Shown piece by piece: positions 1 to 9,667 of a stretch of DNA of 64,000 nt. Both the position numbers and the translations under genes were made by a program. This stretch comes from Myxococcota bacterium. GTDB taxonomy: Bacteria > Myxococcota_A > UBA9160 > JAFDDA01. The notes under the pieces were generated by a model that worked only from the letters and a program-made list of their open reading frames with translations, did not search any database and was not told where the DNA came from. Each line of letters starts with the position of its first letter. Position 1 is the stretch's first letter. Location: positions 1,120,001 to 1,184,000 of the forward strand of contig OZ245817.1 in assembly GCA_965228475.1 (NCBI GenBank), read 5' to 3'.

Positions 1-365
1 AAGCCCCGGTTCACCAGCTTGCGGAGCCGGGTGTGGTCCGGCGGGTCCACCGCGATCATCATCGCAGCCTCGAGCAGGCGGTGGCCGGCGAGTGCACCGG
101 AGTTGGGACTCAGACTGATCCCTCCGCCCTGCGCCAGGATCTGGAGCGCCGTCGAGCTGAAGAGCTCCGGGTGGTGCAGGGCGAACTGAACATCGTCGTA
201 GCGACTCAGGGCGTAGAACGGAAGGCCGGGCATCACCTGATGCACGGGCGACTCGTCGCGCAACGCGCGGTAGTAGGGGAACGGGTCGTTCCGCACCTCG
301 GGCAGGAGCGGGTTGTAGTCCGCCGGCGTGATCGGCTTCTCGGACGTCGGACTGGCAGTCGCCAT
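1..365 (-). CDS. Cytochrome P450, N-terminal part (runs off window start)
   Basis: Manual translation from ATG at 365: MATASPTSEK...NDPFPYYRALRDESPVH...LSRYDDV...DPPDHTRLRKLVNRG, typical bacterial P450 N-terminal motifs; RBS AGGAGG upstream; absent from the ORF track because it is truncated. Confidence 0.85.
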   Translation of the reverse strand, partial: MATASPTSEKPITPADYNPLLPEVRNDPFPYYRALRDESPVHQVMPGLPFYALSRYDDVQFALHHPELFSSTALQILAQGGGISLSPNSGALAGHRLLEAAMMIAVDPPDHTRLRKLVNRG

Positions 366-382
366 CGCGTCTCCTCCTGTGG

Positions 383-1051
383 CTATGAGGTGAGGTCCCC
401 GGTCACGCCACCGGCCTTGCGCAGCTGCTCCTCCAGATCGCGTCTGCGTACGCGGCGGCGCTCGCGCAGCGCGTCGGTCTCGCAGAGGCGCTCCAGGACC
501 TCCCGGCCCCAGGCCACGTGGCGCTGGTGACGACGCACGGCGTCCTCCAGCAGCTCGATGCTCGGCGCGTCGCAGATCTGGTCCGTCTCGCGCGCCGTGC
601 GCTCGTACACGTCGATCAGGTGCGGCAGGAGCACGTCGAAGGGGCCCACCAGCTTCTCGATCGTGAGGTCCGGGCGCTCGGGCTCGCAAACGGCCTGGAC
701 GAAGTCCGCGAAGCCCGAGTTGGGCGCCTGGGACGCCTCCACGGCCTTGCGACCACAGCGCAGCTCGGGCAGACGCTTGCCGAAGGCGTCGGCGATCTGC
801 GCCACCTCCCAGGTGACCTTCCCCAGGCCCGTCTTGACCGGCACCTCGGGGACCGTGGCGAGCCAGCCCCCGAAGGCCATCATCATCCACTCCTCCGCGT
901 AGCGGAAGTTGCGGAAGCGCCGCGCCGTGGCCTCGACATCGTATCGGCCGTGCAGCTCGCGCAGATCGGCCGGGACGTCGAAGGCCGAGTAGGGCTCGAA
1001 GGTGGTGCGCTGGGTCGGACCGAGGCCGGGGTACATCCGGGGCGCGCTCAT
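383..1051 (-). CDS. Ferritin-like four-helix-bundle protein with degenerate metal ligands
   Basis: Real start MSAPRMY overlaps the upstream stop (ATGA); ferritin-like spacing (YAEE...WEVAQIA...DAPS...RHQRHVAWG) but no ExxH motifs. Confidence 0.6.
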   Translation of the reverse strand: MSAPRMYPGLGPTQRTTFEPYSAFDVPADLRELHGRYDVEATARRFRNFRYAEEWMMMAFGGWLATVPEVPVKTGLGKVTWEVAQIADAFGKRLPELRCGRKAVEASQAPNSGFADFVQAVCEPERPDLTIEKLVGPFDVLLPHLIDVYERTARETDQICDAPSIELLEDAVRRHQRHVAWGREVLERLCETDALRERRRVRRRDLEEQLRKAGGVTGDLTS

Positions 1052-1995
1052 GCCGATGCCTCCGCGCGGCGCGCCAGGTGGCGCTCGCGCAGGATCTTCG
1101 CCGCGGCCCGAAGGGTCTCGCGGGAGGGGCCTTCGCCCGAGAGCTGGACCAGCTCCTTCAGCTCCTCCTCGGTGAAGCCCGCCTCCCTGCGGTCTTCCCA
1201 GGCGATCGGGATGGCGGCATCCTCGCGGTCGGAGCGGGACCCGCCGAAGCTGAACTGCTTGTCGACCTCGCGGCGGAACGCCTGGGCCCGCTCGAGCCGC
1301 TCCGGGTCGTCCTTGCAGAACTCCTTCACCCACTCGCTCCCGAAGCGCACGTGCGTGAGCTCGTCGGCCAGCACGTAGTCCACGGCCTGGCGCATGGTCT
1401 CGTCGCCCGTCTTCTCCGCGTAGCGGATCATGTCGCGGAAGACGTCGCAGGCGAGGCCCTCGAGGCCGCGATTCACTCCGGCGACGCGCAGAGCCGGGTC
1501 GTCGCTGCAGGCGGCTTCGAACAGGAACGTCGCCTCGGGGAACATGCCGACGTAGCCGCCCGTGTGCTCGAGGAGCTTCTCGTATATCTGGACGTGGCGA
1601 GCCTCGTCCCAGCACTGGCGGGCCATGTTCATCTTGAACTCCCAGGGCGCCTCCGGAAAGTCCCAGAGCGATCGACCTGCCCCTTCCAGGGCCTGAAGCT
1701 CGCCGACGAAGATCCCGTGCATCCGGATCTGGAGGCGGTTCTTCGCGGCCGGGGCGTCCGGATCGAGGGGCTCGTTGAAGACGATCAGGGCGAAGGCCGG
1801 CCCGTACGCTTCGAAGAGCGCCTCGGCCTCGGTTCCCTGGACGCCCGCCTCGATCACCGGAGCCATGCGGTCGAACGCCTCGACCACGGTGTCCACCTCG
1901 TCGGGGAGTTGAGCCAGGAGCTGCACCATCACGTTGGGTTGACGGATGAATCGGCTGTCTCGTGCCAGCTCGTCGTGCGGAATCAATCGCTTCAT
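1048..1995 (-). CDS. DUF455-like ferritin-superfamily diiron protein
   Basis: GELQA...WDEARH...GLEGLACD...GD...ADELTHVRFGSEW: complete E/ExxH/E/ExxH ligand set. Confidence 0.8.
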   Translation of the reverse strand: MKRLIPHDELARDSRFIRQPNVMVQLLAQLPDEVDTVVEAFDRMAPVIEAGVQGTEAEALFEAYGPAFALIVFNEPLDPDAPAAKNRLQIRMHGIFVGELQALEGAGRSLWDFPEAPWEFKMNMARQCWDEARHVQIYEKLLEHTGGYVGMFPEATFLFEAACSDDPALRVAGVNRGLEGLACDVFRDMIRYAEKTGDETMRQAVDYVLADELTHVRFGSEWVKEFCKDDPERLERAQAFRREVDKQFSFGGSRSDREDAAIPIAWEDRREAGFTEEELKELVQLSGEGPSRETLRAAAKILRERHLARRAEASA

Positions 1996-2007
1996 GGCTT
2001 TCGCCTC

Positions 2008-3330
2008 CTACCGAACCGCGGCCTCGGCACCGCGACTCCGAAACTCGAGATGGGCGTAGCGGTCGCGTCCCTCGGTCAGGGCCGCCTCGATCGAAGCGCG
2101 AAGGGCGCTGCCGCCGTCCCAGACGTAGCGCTCCCGCTCCACCTCACGAAGATCTCCCAGCGCCACCAGGTCCTGCACCCAGGCGCCGGCTTCGTCGTGG
2201 GCGACGACCAGCCGGAAGGTGCTCCCCTCGACCTTCCAGACTGGCAGGTGGCCGCGCCCGCCCCAGGCGAGGTCCAGCACGCGCATCGGCGTACGCCGAT
2301 GCTCCGCCAGGACCGCTTCGACCAGGGAGAGTCGCTCGCTGAAGATCTCGAGATCTCGCATGGCCATGCGCTTCGGGTTGCGGAAGATGATCTCGTGGCT
2401 GGGGTACGAGATGCACTCGTCCACGTCCTGCCCGAGAAGCCGCCGGCTGGATTCGAGGTAGCGGAGCACCCCGCAGTGCGTCGGCGCGATCCCGGCCAGC
2501 TCTGCGAGGGATCCCGGCGTCACGAGCGAAGTCGTCGCGGGGAGCCACATGTCTCCCGTGATGAGGTGCCGGCCGTCCACCCGGACGCACAGGTGGCCGG
2601 GAATGTGGCCGTCGAAGCGGAACAGCTCGATCCGGCCGCCGGCCACGGCGAGCACGTCGTCGCCGGGGTCGACGAACCGGTCCACCCGGAGGGGCCCCTC
2701 GTCCAGGCTGCCCCAGGGCGCCCGGTCGAAATCCACATCCGACGTCTCCATCAGGCGCAGGTAGTGGGCGCGGATCTCCTCGGTGACCGCGTCGATGTCG
2801 AGCGTGACGTCACAGTCCCGGAAGAACGCCGCCCGGGTGCGAAGGAAGGACTCCCGCCGGCTCACCAGTGGGAACAGGGCCTCGGTGAACGGATGCGTCA
2901 GAATCTCGACATCGCCGTCGAGCGCCTCCACCGCTGCGTGTCCGCCCGCGTGGTCGAAGTGAGCGTGGGTGTAGAGCACGCGGATCGGGCGATCCCGGAG
3001 GTGACATCCCTCCGCTCCGGCGATCTCCTCCAGGACGTGGGGGAAGATCTCCGGCGCCGTCGTCCGGTAGGTGGAATCGACGACGAAGAGGAGATCCGGG
3101 AGCGATACGACGTGACACGCCACCGAGAACGAGCTCGCCCCCACCGGAGCGGCGGACTCCCCGAAGTTGGCGATCAGGTACCGCGAGGTCTCCGTGTCGA
3201 AGCGCTCGAGCACCACCTGGAGAGGGCTGGGAACCCGCCCCCCGGCCCCCGTGAAGCTGCCGGACTCGGCATCGATCCGGTAGATCCGAAGCCCCCCGGC
3301 CCCTTCCGCGACGCGCCGCCACTCGATCAC
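2008..3330 (-). CDS. MBL-fold metallo-hydrolase
   Basis: THAHFDHAGG, GHIPGH, TGD, PSHE motifs; GTG start at 3330 overlaps the TetR stop. Confidence 0.85.
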   Translation of the reverse strand: MIEWRRVAEGAGGLRIYRIDAESGSFTGAGGRVPSPLQVVLERFDTETSRYLIANFGESAAPVGASSFSVACHVVSLPDLLFVVDSTYRTTAPEIFPHVLEEIAGAEGCHLRDRPIRVLYTHAHFDHAGGHAAVEALDGDVEILTHPFTEALFPLVSRRESFLRTRAAFFRDCDVTLDIDAVTEEIRAHYLRLMETSDVDFDRAPWGSLDEGPLRVDRFVDPGDDVLAVAGGRIELFRFDGHIPGHLCVRVDGRHLITGDMWLPATTSLVTPGSLAELAGIAPTHCGVLRYLESSRRLLGQDVDECISYPSHEIIFRNPKRMAMRDLEIFSERLSLVEAVLAEHRRTPMRVLDLAWGGRGHLPVWKVEGSTFRLVVAHDEAGAWVQDLVALGDLREVERERYVWDGGSALRASIEAALTEGRDRYAHLEFRSRGAEAAVR

Positions 3331-3968
3331 CGCGGCGGCTCCTGCTCCCGGCGAACCTCGGCATCCAGCTCGGGCCACCTCTCGGGTCGAAGCAGACCGT
3401 GGAGCAGGAGCCGCTTCACCTCGCGGGTCAATCGGCCGGTGGCGTGTCGCGCCGCCTCGTCGGTATCGAACTCCATCCGGGCCAGCAGAGGCCAGAGGAT
3501 GCCGACGCACATCAGGATGTAGCCGAGCATCTCGGAGTCGACCCCGTCCTGACCGCGATCGCTTTCGGCCAGGCTCCGGATCTCGCCGACGTAGCGGTCC
3601 CAAGCGCCCTGGGGGATCGGGTTCTGGGACAGCATCTGATGGAGGACGAGCCGTCCCACCTCCGGATGCTCCAGGAAGAAGTGCGCCATGCGGTCGATTC
3701 GCTCTCCGATGGGCAGCCGCTCCACCAGCATGGCCGTGACCTCGTCCGCCAGGTCTGCGACGACCGCCCCCACCAGCGCGTCCCGTGTGCGGAAGTGCTG
3801 GTAGGCGGTGGTGCGGTTGATCCCCGCCCGGTGGGCCACGTCCGAGACCGTCAGAGCCTCGGGCCCCCGCTCCGCCATGACCTCCCGGGCGGCGGCCAGA
3901 ATCCGGCGGCGGTTGTCCTGGAAATCGCGGCGTCGGCCTTCGAGCGGGATGGGCTCCGAGGGGCTCAT
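3327..3968 (-). CDS. TetR/AcrR family transcriptional regulator
   Basis: RRRILAAAREVMAERG...LTVSDVAHRAGINRTTAYQHF HTH. Confidence 0.92.
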   Translation of the reverse strand: MSPSEPIPLEGRRRDFQDNRRRILAAAREVMAERGPEALTVSDVAHRAGINRTTAYQHFRTRDALVGAVVADLADEVTAMLVERLPIGERIDRMAHFFLEHPEVGRLVLHQMLSQNPIPQGAWDRYVGEIRSLAESDRGQDGVDSEMLGYILMCVGILWPLLARMEFDTDEAARHATGRLTREVKRLLLHGLLRPERWPELDAEVRREQEPPR

Positions 3969-3999
3969 GGGAAGAGGGGATAGCTCGGGCAGGCACAAT

Positions 4000-4017
4000 G
4001 TCAACACAGTTGTTGAC
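4000..4017. promoter_or_regulatory. Probable TetR operator (inverted repeat)
   Basis: GTCAACA-CAGT-TGTTGAC, a perfect 7-bp inverted repeat in the AT-richer gap between divergent tetR and P450. Confidence 0.7.
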
Positions 4018-4067
4018 CTTCCGAGACGGTGGAGGTAGCTTCCCTGGCGCTGGGAGGCCCGCATGCC

Positions 4068-5291
4068 ATGAGCCAGACGTCCGCAGCCCCGGTCCTGGAC
4101 CCGCTGCTGTCCGAGGAGTTCCGCCGGGCGCCCCATGAGGTGATCGCACGCCTCCGCGAAGAGGATCCCGTGCACCTGATCCCGGGCGTGAACGCCTGGT
4201 ATGTGACCCGCTACGAGGACGTCCGCCGGCTCTTCACCGACCCGGCCGTCACGAACGACCAGCGCGCCTACGAGCACTACCAGGCCCCGCCCGAGGGCAG
4301 CTACCGGCGCTGGATGGCCGACAACAACCCCTTCTCGGCGGACCCGGAGCAGCACGCGCGGCTCCGCCGACTGGTCTCCGCCGCGCTCACGCCGCGTGCG
4401 GTGCGCCGGATGGAGGACCAGATCGCCGACGTCGTCGGGGAGTTCGCCAGGCCGCTGGGCGGCCGTCGGGGCGTCGTCGATCTCGTCGAGGCGTTCACGG
4501 GCCCGGTGCCCAACACGGTGATCGGGCGCATCACCGGCGTCCCGCCGAAGGGCGACGACGAGGTGCGCTTCCGAGAGATGGCGCGCGAGGTGATCAGCGC
4601 GATCAGCCCCCTGCTGGACGAAGAGGCCCGCGGGCGCGCCGAGTCGTCGATGCTGGAGCTGGCGGAGTACGTGCGCGACCTTGCCGAGCAGCGACGCCAG
4701 GAGCCCCGGGAGGACCTGGTCTCGGACCTCGTACAGACCTACGACGCCGACGACCGCATGACGAACGAGGAGATCGTCATGATGATCGCGGCGCTCGTCG
4801 CCGCGGGCACCGAGACCACGTCCATGGGTGGGACCCTCGGCATCCGCACGCTCCTGCACCACCGCGACCAGCTCGATCTGCTGCGCAGGGACCGCTCGCG
4901 CATCCCGAACGCCGTGATGGAGCTCCTGCGCTACGACTTCGGCGGCGCCGGCCTGCCGCGCTACGCCCTTCGCGATTTCGAGCTGCGCGGCCGCATGATC
5001 GAGAAAGGGCAGCTCCTGCTGCTCTCCTTCATGGGAGCCCACCGCGATCCCCGGGTCTTCCCCGATCCGGACCGCTTCGACGTCGGCCGGGACACCAAGG
5101 ACGTGACCATCTTCGGCCACGGCCCCCACTTCTGTCTCGGCGCCAACCTGGCCAAGACCGAGCTGCGCTGCATGATCGACGCCGCGCTCGACTTCCTGCC
5201 CCCCGACGCAAGGCTCCTCGAGGACGAGATCGAGTGGAGCCAGGTGATGTTCTTCCGGCGGATCGAGAAGCTGCCTGTGCACTTTGGCTGA
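4068..5291 (+). CDS. Cytochrome P450
   Basis: AGTETT I-helix, ELLR (ExxR), FGHGPHFCLG heme-binding Cys motif. Confidence 0.95.
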   Translation: MSQTSAAPVLDPLLSEEFRRAPHEVIARLREEDPVHLIPGVNAWYVTRYEDVRRLFTDPAVTNDQRAYEHYQAPPEGSYRRWMADNNPFSADPEQHARLRRLVSAALTPRAVRRMEDQIADVVGEFARPLGGRRGVVDLVEAFTGPVPNTVIGRITGVPPKGDDEVRFREMAREVISAISPLLDEEARGRAESSMLELAEYVRDLAEQRRQEPREDLVSDLVQTYDADDRMTNEEIVMMIAALVAAGTETTSMGGTLGIRTLLHHRDQLDLLRRDRSRIPNAVMELLRYDFGGAGLPRYALRDFELRGRMIEKGQLLLLSFMGAHRDPRVFPDPDRFDVGRDTKDVTIFGHGPHFCLGANLAKTELRCMIDAALDFLPPDARLLEDEIEWSQVMFFRRIEKLPVHFG

Positions 5292-5665
5292 CGAGGGCCA
5301 CTGAGGCTCGTGCTCGGCGCCGAGCGGCCCGAAGGGTGCCCACCAGGAGCGGTGGCACGTCCACACCCAGAGCGAGGGCACCATGGCGAGCGCGGCAAGG
5401 GGCCCCGCCCGCCACCAGCCGCCGGCCCCGTTCCTTTCTCATGAGAGCGATTCCCCAAGCACGCGGACCAACATCCGGTGGCGACAACAGCGCCCTCCGA
5501 GTGCGCGGTACCGCTGTGGCAATGGGGTCCCCGCGTTGACGATCAATCCTGCTCGGGCGCACGACCCTTGACTCAGGGCCCATTGCCCACCGTCACTCTC
5601 TCCCCGACGATGGTCGGCTGCGGAACCGCGACGCCATCGCAGCCATCCCTCCGTGCTTCCGACCG

Positions 5666-6306
5666 TCGGCCGGGCTCCGCCGCGGATCTTCGGACACAGG
5701 CCCGCGCCCTCGCTCCGCAGACTCCGCTCGTTCACGGCCCTTGCCTTGACCCTTGCTCCGCTTCCGCCCTCCGGCCTGGTCCGGCGCGGCCGGCTCTCCA
5801 GCGCTCGGTGAGAGAGCCGGCCCACAGCGGGCCCAAGAGGACACGGAGGGTCTCATGGCAAGCAGCGATCGCGAGAGCATCCACTTCATCCGCGAGGTCG
5901 CCGTCCGGTACATCGGTCGCTCGACCCGCATCGAGCCCGCCATCCGGCGGCCCGCGGAGGTCGTCGACTTCATGCGCCGTGTGGTGCGGGACGACGCGCG
6001 CGAGCACTTCGTGGCGCTCTACCTCGACGGTCGGCACCGCCCGATCGCGCACCAGATCGTCTCCGTGGGGACCGCCTCCTCTTCGCTCGTGCACCCGCGC
6101 GAGGTGTTCCAGCCGGCCATCCTCGTAGGGGCCTGCGCCACGATCGTCGGCCACAACCACCCCTCCGGTGATCCCTCCCCGAGTCCCGAGGACCGCGAGG
6201 TGACCCGCCGGCTGGCCCAGGCGGGAGCGCTCCTCGGCGTTCCGCTCCTCGACAGCGTCGTCTGGACCCGTAGTGGCCAGTACGCCTCCGTGCGGGAGCT
6301 CGAGCC
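5666..6306 (+). repeat. Direct repeat copy 1 (190-bp leader + radC)
   Basis: Near-identical to 13768-14408 (offset 8102 bp), including the non-coding leader. Confidence 0.92.
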
Positions 6307-6337
6307 GGCTCTCTTCGACATCTCAGGGCGCGGATAG
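5855..6337 (+). CDS. radC: RadC-family JAB domain protein (copy 1)
   Basis: REHFVALYLD...VHPREVF...HNHPSGDPSPSPED; short mobile-element type; RBS GGAGG. Confidence 0.92.
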   Translation: MASSDRESIHFIREVAVRYIGRSTRIEPAIRRPAEVVDFMRRVVRDDAREHFVALYLDGRHRPIAHQIVSVGTASSSLVHPREVFQPAILVGACATIVGHNHPSGDPSPSPEDREVTRRLAQAGALLGVPLLDSVVWTRSGQYASVRELEPALFDISGRG

Positions 6338-6403
6338 CCAGGCCTGAGCAAGGCCCAGGGTTGCCTCGCCGGCTCAAGTTCCCACCCTCGCCCGGCCCGC
6401 CTG

Positions 6404-9400
6404 CTAGGCGCCGCAGATGACGTCGAGTGGGCGCCCCACGGTGTCCATCAGGAAGGAATGCGCGGCCGAGAGGACGGCGACCTGGTCGGGGGTGTGATGC
6501 TCCTCCGAGACGCCAGGCTGCGCGACGACGATTTCGCCTCGGACCTCCTGGAAGCGGCTAAGGCGAAGCAGCCTGTTCAGGTCCTGGGCATCGCCCTTTA
6601 GGAACCTGGTCCCGCGACCGGCCAGGTTGTCCTTCTCCCGCTTCGAGAGATGGCGGCAGAGTGTTCGGAACTTCCAGAGCCAATGGGCAGACCTCACAGC
6701 CTGCGAGCAGACCTCCACGACGTCCTTCACGCGCTCACCAGAGGGGCTCTTCGTGAACTTGCAGTGAACGAGCGCAAGCCGGATGTGGTCTTCCTCAGCC
6801 TTCAGGCAGACCAGATCTGCCGCCTCACCGGCGTCGTCATCATCGAAGACGATGTCGAAGCCACCGTCGATAAAGTGCTGCGCAACGCGCTCCTGAATCG
6901 AGTTTTCGCGCCTCTGGCCGTTTTTCCAAAGGGATTCGGTCTTGACGTCAACGCCCGTCCAATCCCAGACCTCAAACCGTTCTGCCGGGAAGGTGAGCTC
7001 GGAGATGTCCTTGGGCCGAACGAGGAGGTGCCCATCGAGTTCACTCAGGTCGACGAACCTGACGAGCGGCGGATAGTCGGATAGGTAGTCAGCAAGAGGT
7101 CGGTCGGTGCGACCGAATGCGATGTTCGCTTGAGGACCGCCGACCTGGTGAACTTCGAATCCTGTCGGAACTCCGATTCGAAGCTCGAAGTCGGCCTGTC
7201 CTCCTGGGCCTTCAATGTGGAAGGCGACCGCGTTCTCCGCGCGACGGAGCTCATCGAACACGAGCTCAACGAACGCAAGCGGAGTCTCGCTAGCGGCAGT
7301 CCTGATAGCGACCCGTTCCTCGGGCTTGTTCAGGAGCTCAAGCGGCCACTCGAGGCTTAGAACCTCCGAGTCCGGGAGGTCGGCGACCTCCTCGGGAATC
7401 ATCACGTTGTCGATAATCTCGTTTGTATCGATGCTCTCGTCGACAAGCTTCGCGCCGACATGGGCGCACCAGTCGAGGAGCTCCGGAATCACGCCATTCT
7501 TCACCGACCAGACGCGTCCCTTGTAGGAGCAGCCGAGGTTGACCGGCTTTCCATCCTCGTAGCCGGTGGCGCTCAGATTCGACTTCGTGGCGCCAACGAG
7601 CTGTGCGTTGTCGAGCCCCTGCCTGACGTCGGCACCCATGTACTGGGCATGGCGGAGGTTTCGCCGTGCATGGCGACTCACTCCAAGGTTCGGAATCCGA
7701 AGACGCTTCACATTCGCAAGTGAGCGAAAGACAGCGTCGCCACTGATGAGCGTCGGCTCTTCGTCACAGACTGCGGCAGCGAGGTCTCGGTGGAGCGAGT
7801 TCTTGTCGCTTGAGTTGACGAAGAGAAGTCCGAGCTCAGGCTCGTAGTGGACGACGAAGAGGTCCCACTGACGGTCACGCACCTCCTTGGAGCGAGTCCA
7901 GGGCACCGCGGGCTCGGTTCGCGTGACGAAGTAGAGCGTGTTCGAGTCGTTGTGCAGCCACACGGAGTGCACTTCGGTGCCCTTCGCCACTGCGTCGACA
8001 AAGCGGCGGGGGTAGAATTTCGTCGCACGGTAGGCGACGGCGCTCAACTTTGGACGCAGCAGACTGCTTGAGAGCGACTGTAGAGGAACCTCGCTTTCCT
8101 CGTGAATGGCCTCGGACTCGTTCAGGAAATCGACGAGTGCTTTGTGCTCCTTTGCCGCTTGCGAGCTGAGCTCAGAGAGAAGGTGATTCCAGTCGGCGTC
8201 GTCGCTGTAGAGCTGCTCAAGGGCATCAGAGACCTCAACGTCGGCGATGTTCGCGATGACCGTAGCATCGCCGACGGTGTCTCCGGCGGTCCGAACGAAC
8301 CGCCCGGCGAACTGAAGCAGCACGGGAAGGCTCTGGTGCATATCGTGCACGGCAGCGACCTTGAGCTGGGGAAGGTCGAAGCCCTCCCCGAGCATGTCTA
8401 CGCTGACAACGATTCGGCTATCGCGCGAGAGGAGCTGCTTGAGTCGCTTCGGGGAGTCGGGCTCCTTGGAGTGCACAAGGATGGGCGAGTGCTTGGAAGA
8501 GATCGCCTTGTACAGGCCGTGGAGCTTCCGGGCTCTTTCGATGCTGCCGCACCTAGCCATCAGAACGTGGTCAAGCCCTTCGCCGAGGTCTGCGTCGAGC
8601 TGGGCAACCGCCTTCTCCGCGATGGCCTTGTCACCATCGTCTGAATCGACCTCGAACACCGGGTGAAAGTGGATGGGCTTGAAGTAGCCGGCCTTCTGCG
8701 CCTGGCGGAGGGTGTACTCGTACGCAACCTCGCCCTCGACAAGCTTTCGGTCTCGCCTAAAGGGAGTCGCTGTGAACTGAACGACGCGCACGTTGTCCGC
8801 GAAGGCGTCCCGGAAGGTCTGCCAGCCCGTTGCTGGAATGTGATGGGCCTCGTCGACGACGAGCATGTTGACCCGAGAGGCGATCTTGGAAGCGAGTGGG
8901 AGCGCTGTCCCGTAGGCGATGGCGTCCATCGTTCCGACAACCACGTTTGCATGGTCGAAGATGTCGAGGTCGGCTCCGGTCCGTGGACGCTTTTCGAGTA
9001 CACCGACGACCGGGTTGAGCACCGCCGGGTCGACCACACCAAGCTCTCTAAGGAGACCGAGCGTCTTGAACTTCCGAACTGTCTGATCCCGGAGCGCCCG
9101 GTTCGGGACGACTACCAGGACGGTTCCTCGAGCCTGGGCAACGAGAAGAGCAAGCGCCGCCTCGGTCTTGCCCGTGCCGGTCGGCATGACAACGGTGGCC
9201 GGGGAGAGTGTGGAGCTCCAGTGAGAGCCGAGACCGTGGAGAGCGCCAAGCTGCGGTGGTCGGAAACCTGTCGAAGCGGGGTCCGCAGGGGTTTCAGCGA
9301 TGTAGCGAATTCCAGCCTCCCAGGACTCAAGCGCGTCGCTGCGTTGCTCCTTCCAGCGCTTCGACGGTGGGTCCGTCTTGATCACTTCCTTGTGGGAGAG

Positions 9401-9667
9401 CCACTCGAGCTCTCCGTCTGGGAGCTTCCGCAAGACGCCGCGTGCGCCCTTCGGATGGGGGCACTTTCGCCGTTCGGTGACGACGAACGCCTCGTCGCCG
9501 TCGAGGGTTAGGAGGGGCTGCTCGATTCTCGACGAGACGAGCGTAACCTCGTTCTTGGAGATAGGTCGGTCTCGTTCCTCCTCAACGACGTACCACAGCT
9601 CACCGACTGCGTGGCGACGGCGCCACGCAAGCTCAGGCGTTCGGATGGACTTCGGGCCTGAGGCCAT
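6404..9667 (-). CDS. SF2 (ResIII/DEAD-like) helicase with probable C-terminal PD-(D/E)xK nuclease; candidate defence protein
   Basis: MPTGTGKT, DEAHH, TATP, LGEGFDLP, QFAGRFVR; C-terminal E-AADLV...LVHCK...CSQAVRS; visibly lower GC than the host genes. Confidence 0.85.
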   Translation of the reverse strand: MASGPKSIRTPELAWRRRHAVGELWYVVEEERDRPISKNEVTLVSSRIEQPLLTLDGDEAFVVTERRKCPHPKGARGVLRKLPDGELEWLSHKEVIKTDPPSKRWKEQRSDALESWEAGIRYIAETPADPASTGFRPPQLGALHGLGSHWSSTLSPATVVMPTGTGKTEAALALLVAQARGTVLVVVPNRALRDQTVRKFKTLGLLRELGVVDPAVLNPVVGVLEKRPRTGADLDIFDHANVVVGTMDAIAYGTALPLASKIASRVNMLVVDEAHHIPATGWQTFRDAFADNVRVVQFTATPFRRDRKLVEGEVAYEYTLRQAQKAGYFKPIHFHPVFEVDSDDGDKAIAEKAVAQLDADLGEGLDHVLMARCGSIERARKLHGLYKAISSKHSPILVHSKEPDSPKRLKQLLSRDSRIVVSVDMLGEGFDLPQLKVAAVHDMHQSLPVLLQFAGRFVRTAGDTVGDATVIANIADVEVSDALEQLYSDDADWNHLLSELSSQAAKEHKALVDFLNESEAIHEESEVPLQSLSSSLLRPKLSAVAYRATKFYPRRFVDAVAKGTEVHSVWLHNDSNTLYFVTRTEPAVPWTRSKEVRDRQWDLFVVHYEPELGLLFVNSSDKNSLHRDLAAAVCDEEPTLISGDAVFRSLANVKRLRIPNLGVSRHARRNLRHAQYMGADVRQGLDNAQLVGATKSNLSATGYEDGKPVNLGCSYKGRVWSVKNGVIPELLDWCAHVGAKLVDESIDTNEIIDNVMIPEEVADLPDSEVLSLEWPLELLNKPEERVAIRTAASETPLAFVELVFDELRRAENAVAFHIEGPGGQADFELRIGVPTGFEVHQVGGPQANIAFGRTDRPLADYLSDYPPLVRFVDLSELDGHLLVRPKDISELTFPAERFEVWDWTGVDVKTESLWKNGQRRENSIQERVAQHFIDGGFDIVFDDDDAGEAADLVCLKAEEDHIRLALVHCKFTKSPSGERVKDVVEVCSQAVRSAHWLWKFRTLCRHLSKREKDNLAGRGTRFLKGDAQDLNRLLRLSRFQEVRGEIVVAQPGVSEEHHTPDQVAVLSAAHSFLMDTVGRPLDVICGA

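Noticed and set aside
2008..5384. Apparent long fusions in the ORF track (713-aa MBL, 685-aa TetR)
   Set aside because: N-terminal extensions are out-of-frame or antisense read-ins; real starts are at 3330 and 3968.
5300..5660. Possible left att site or gene remnant after the P450
   Set aside because: No match to the tRNA-Thr 3' end and no convincing ORF could be seen.
6404..9667. Type I/III restriction subunit
   Set aside because: No methyltransferase or specificity gene nearby.
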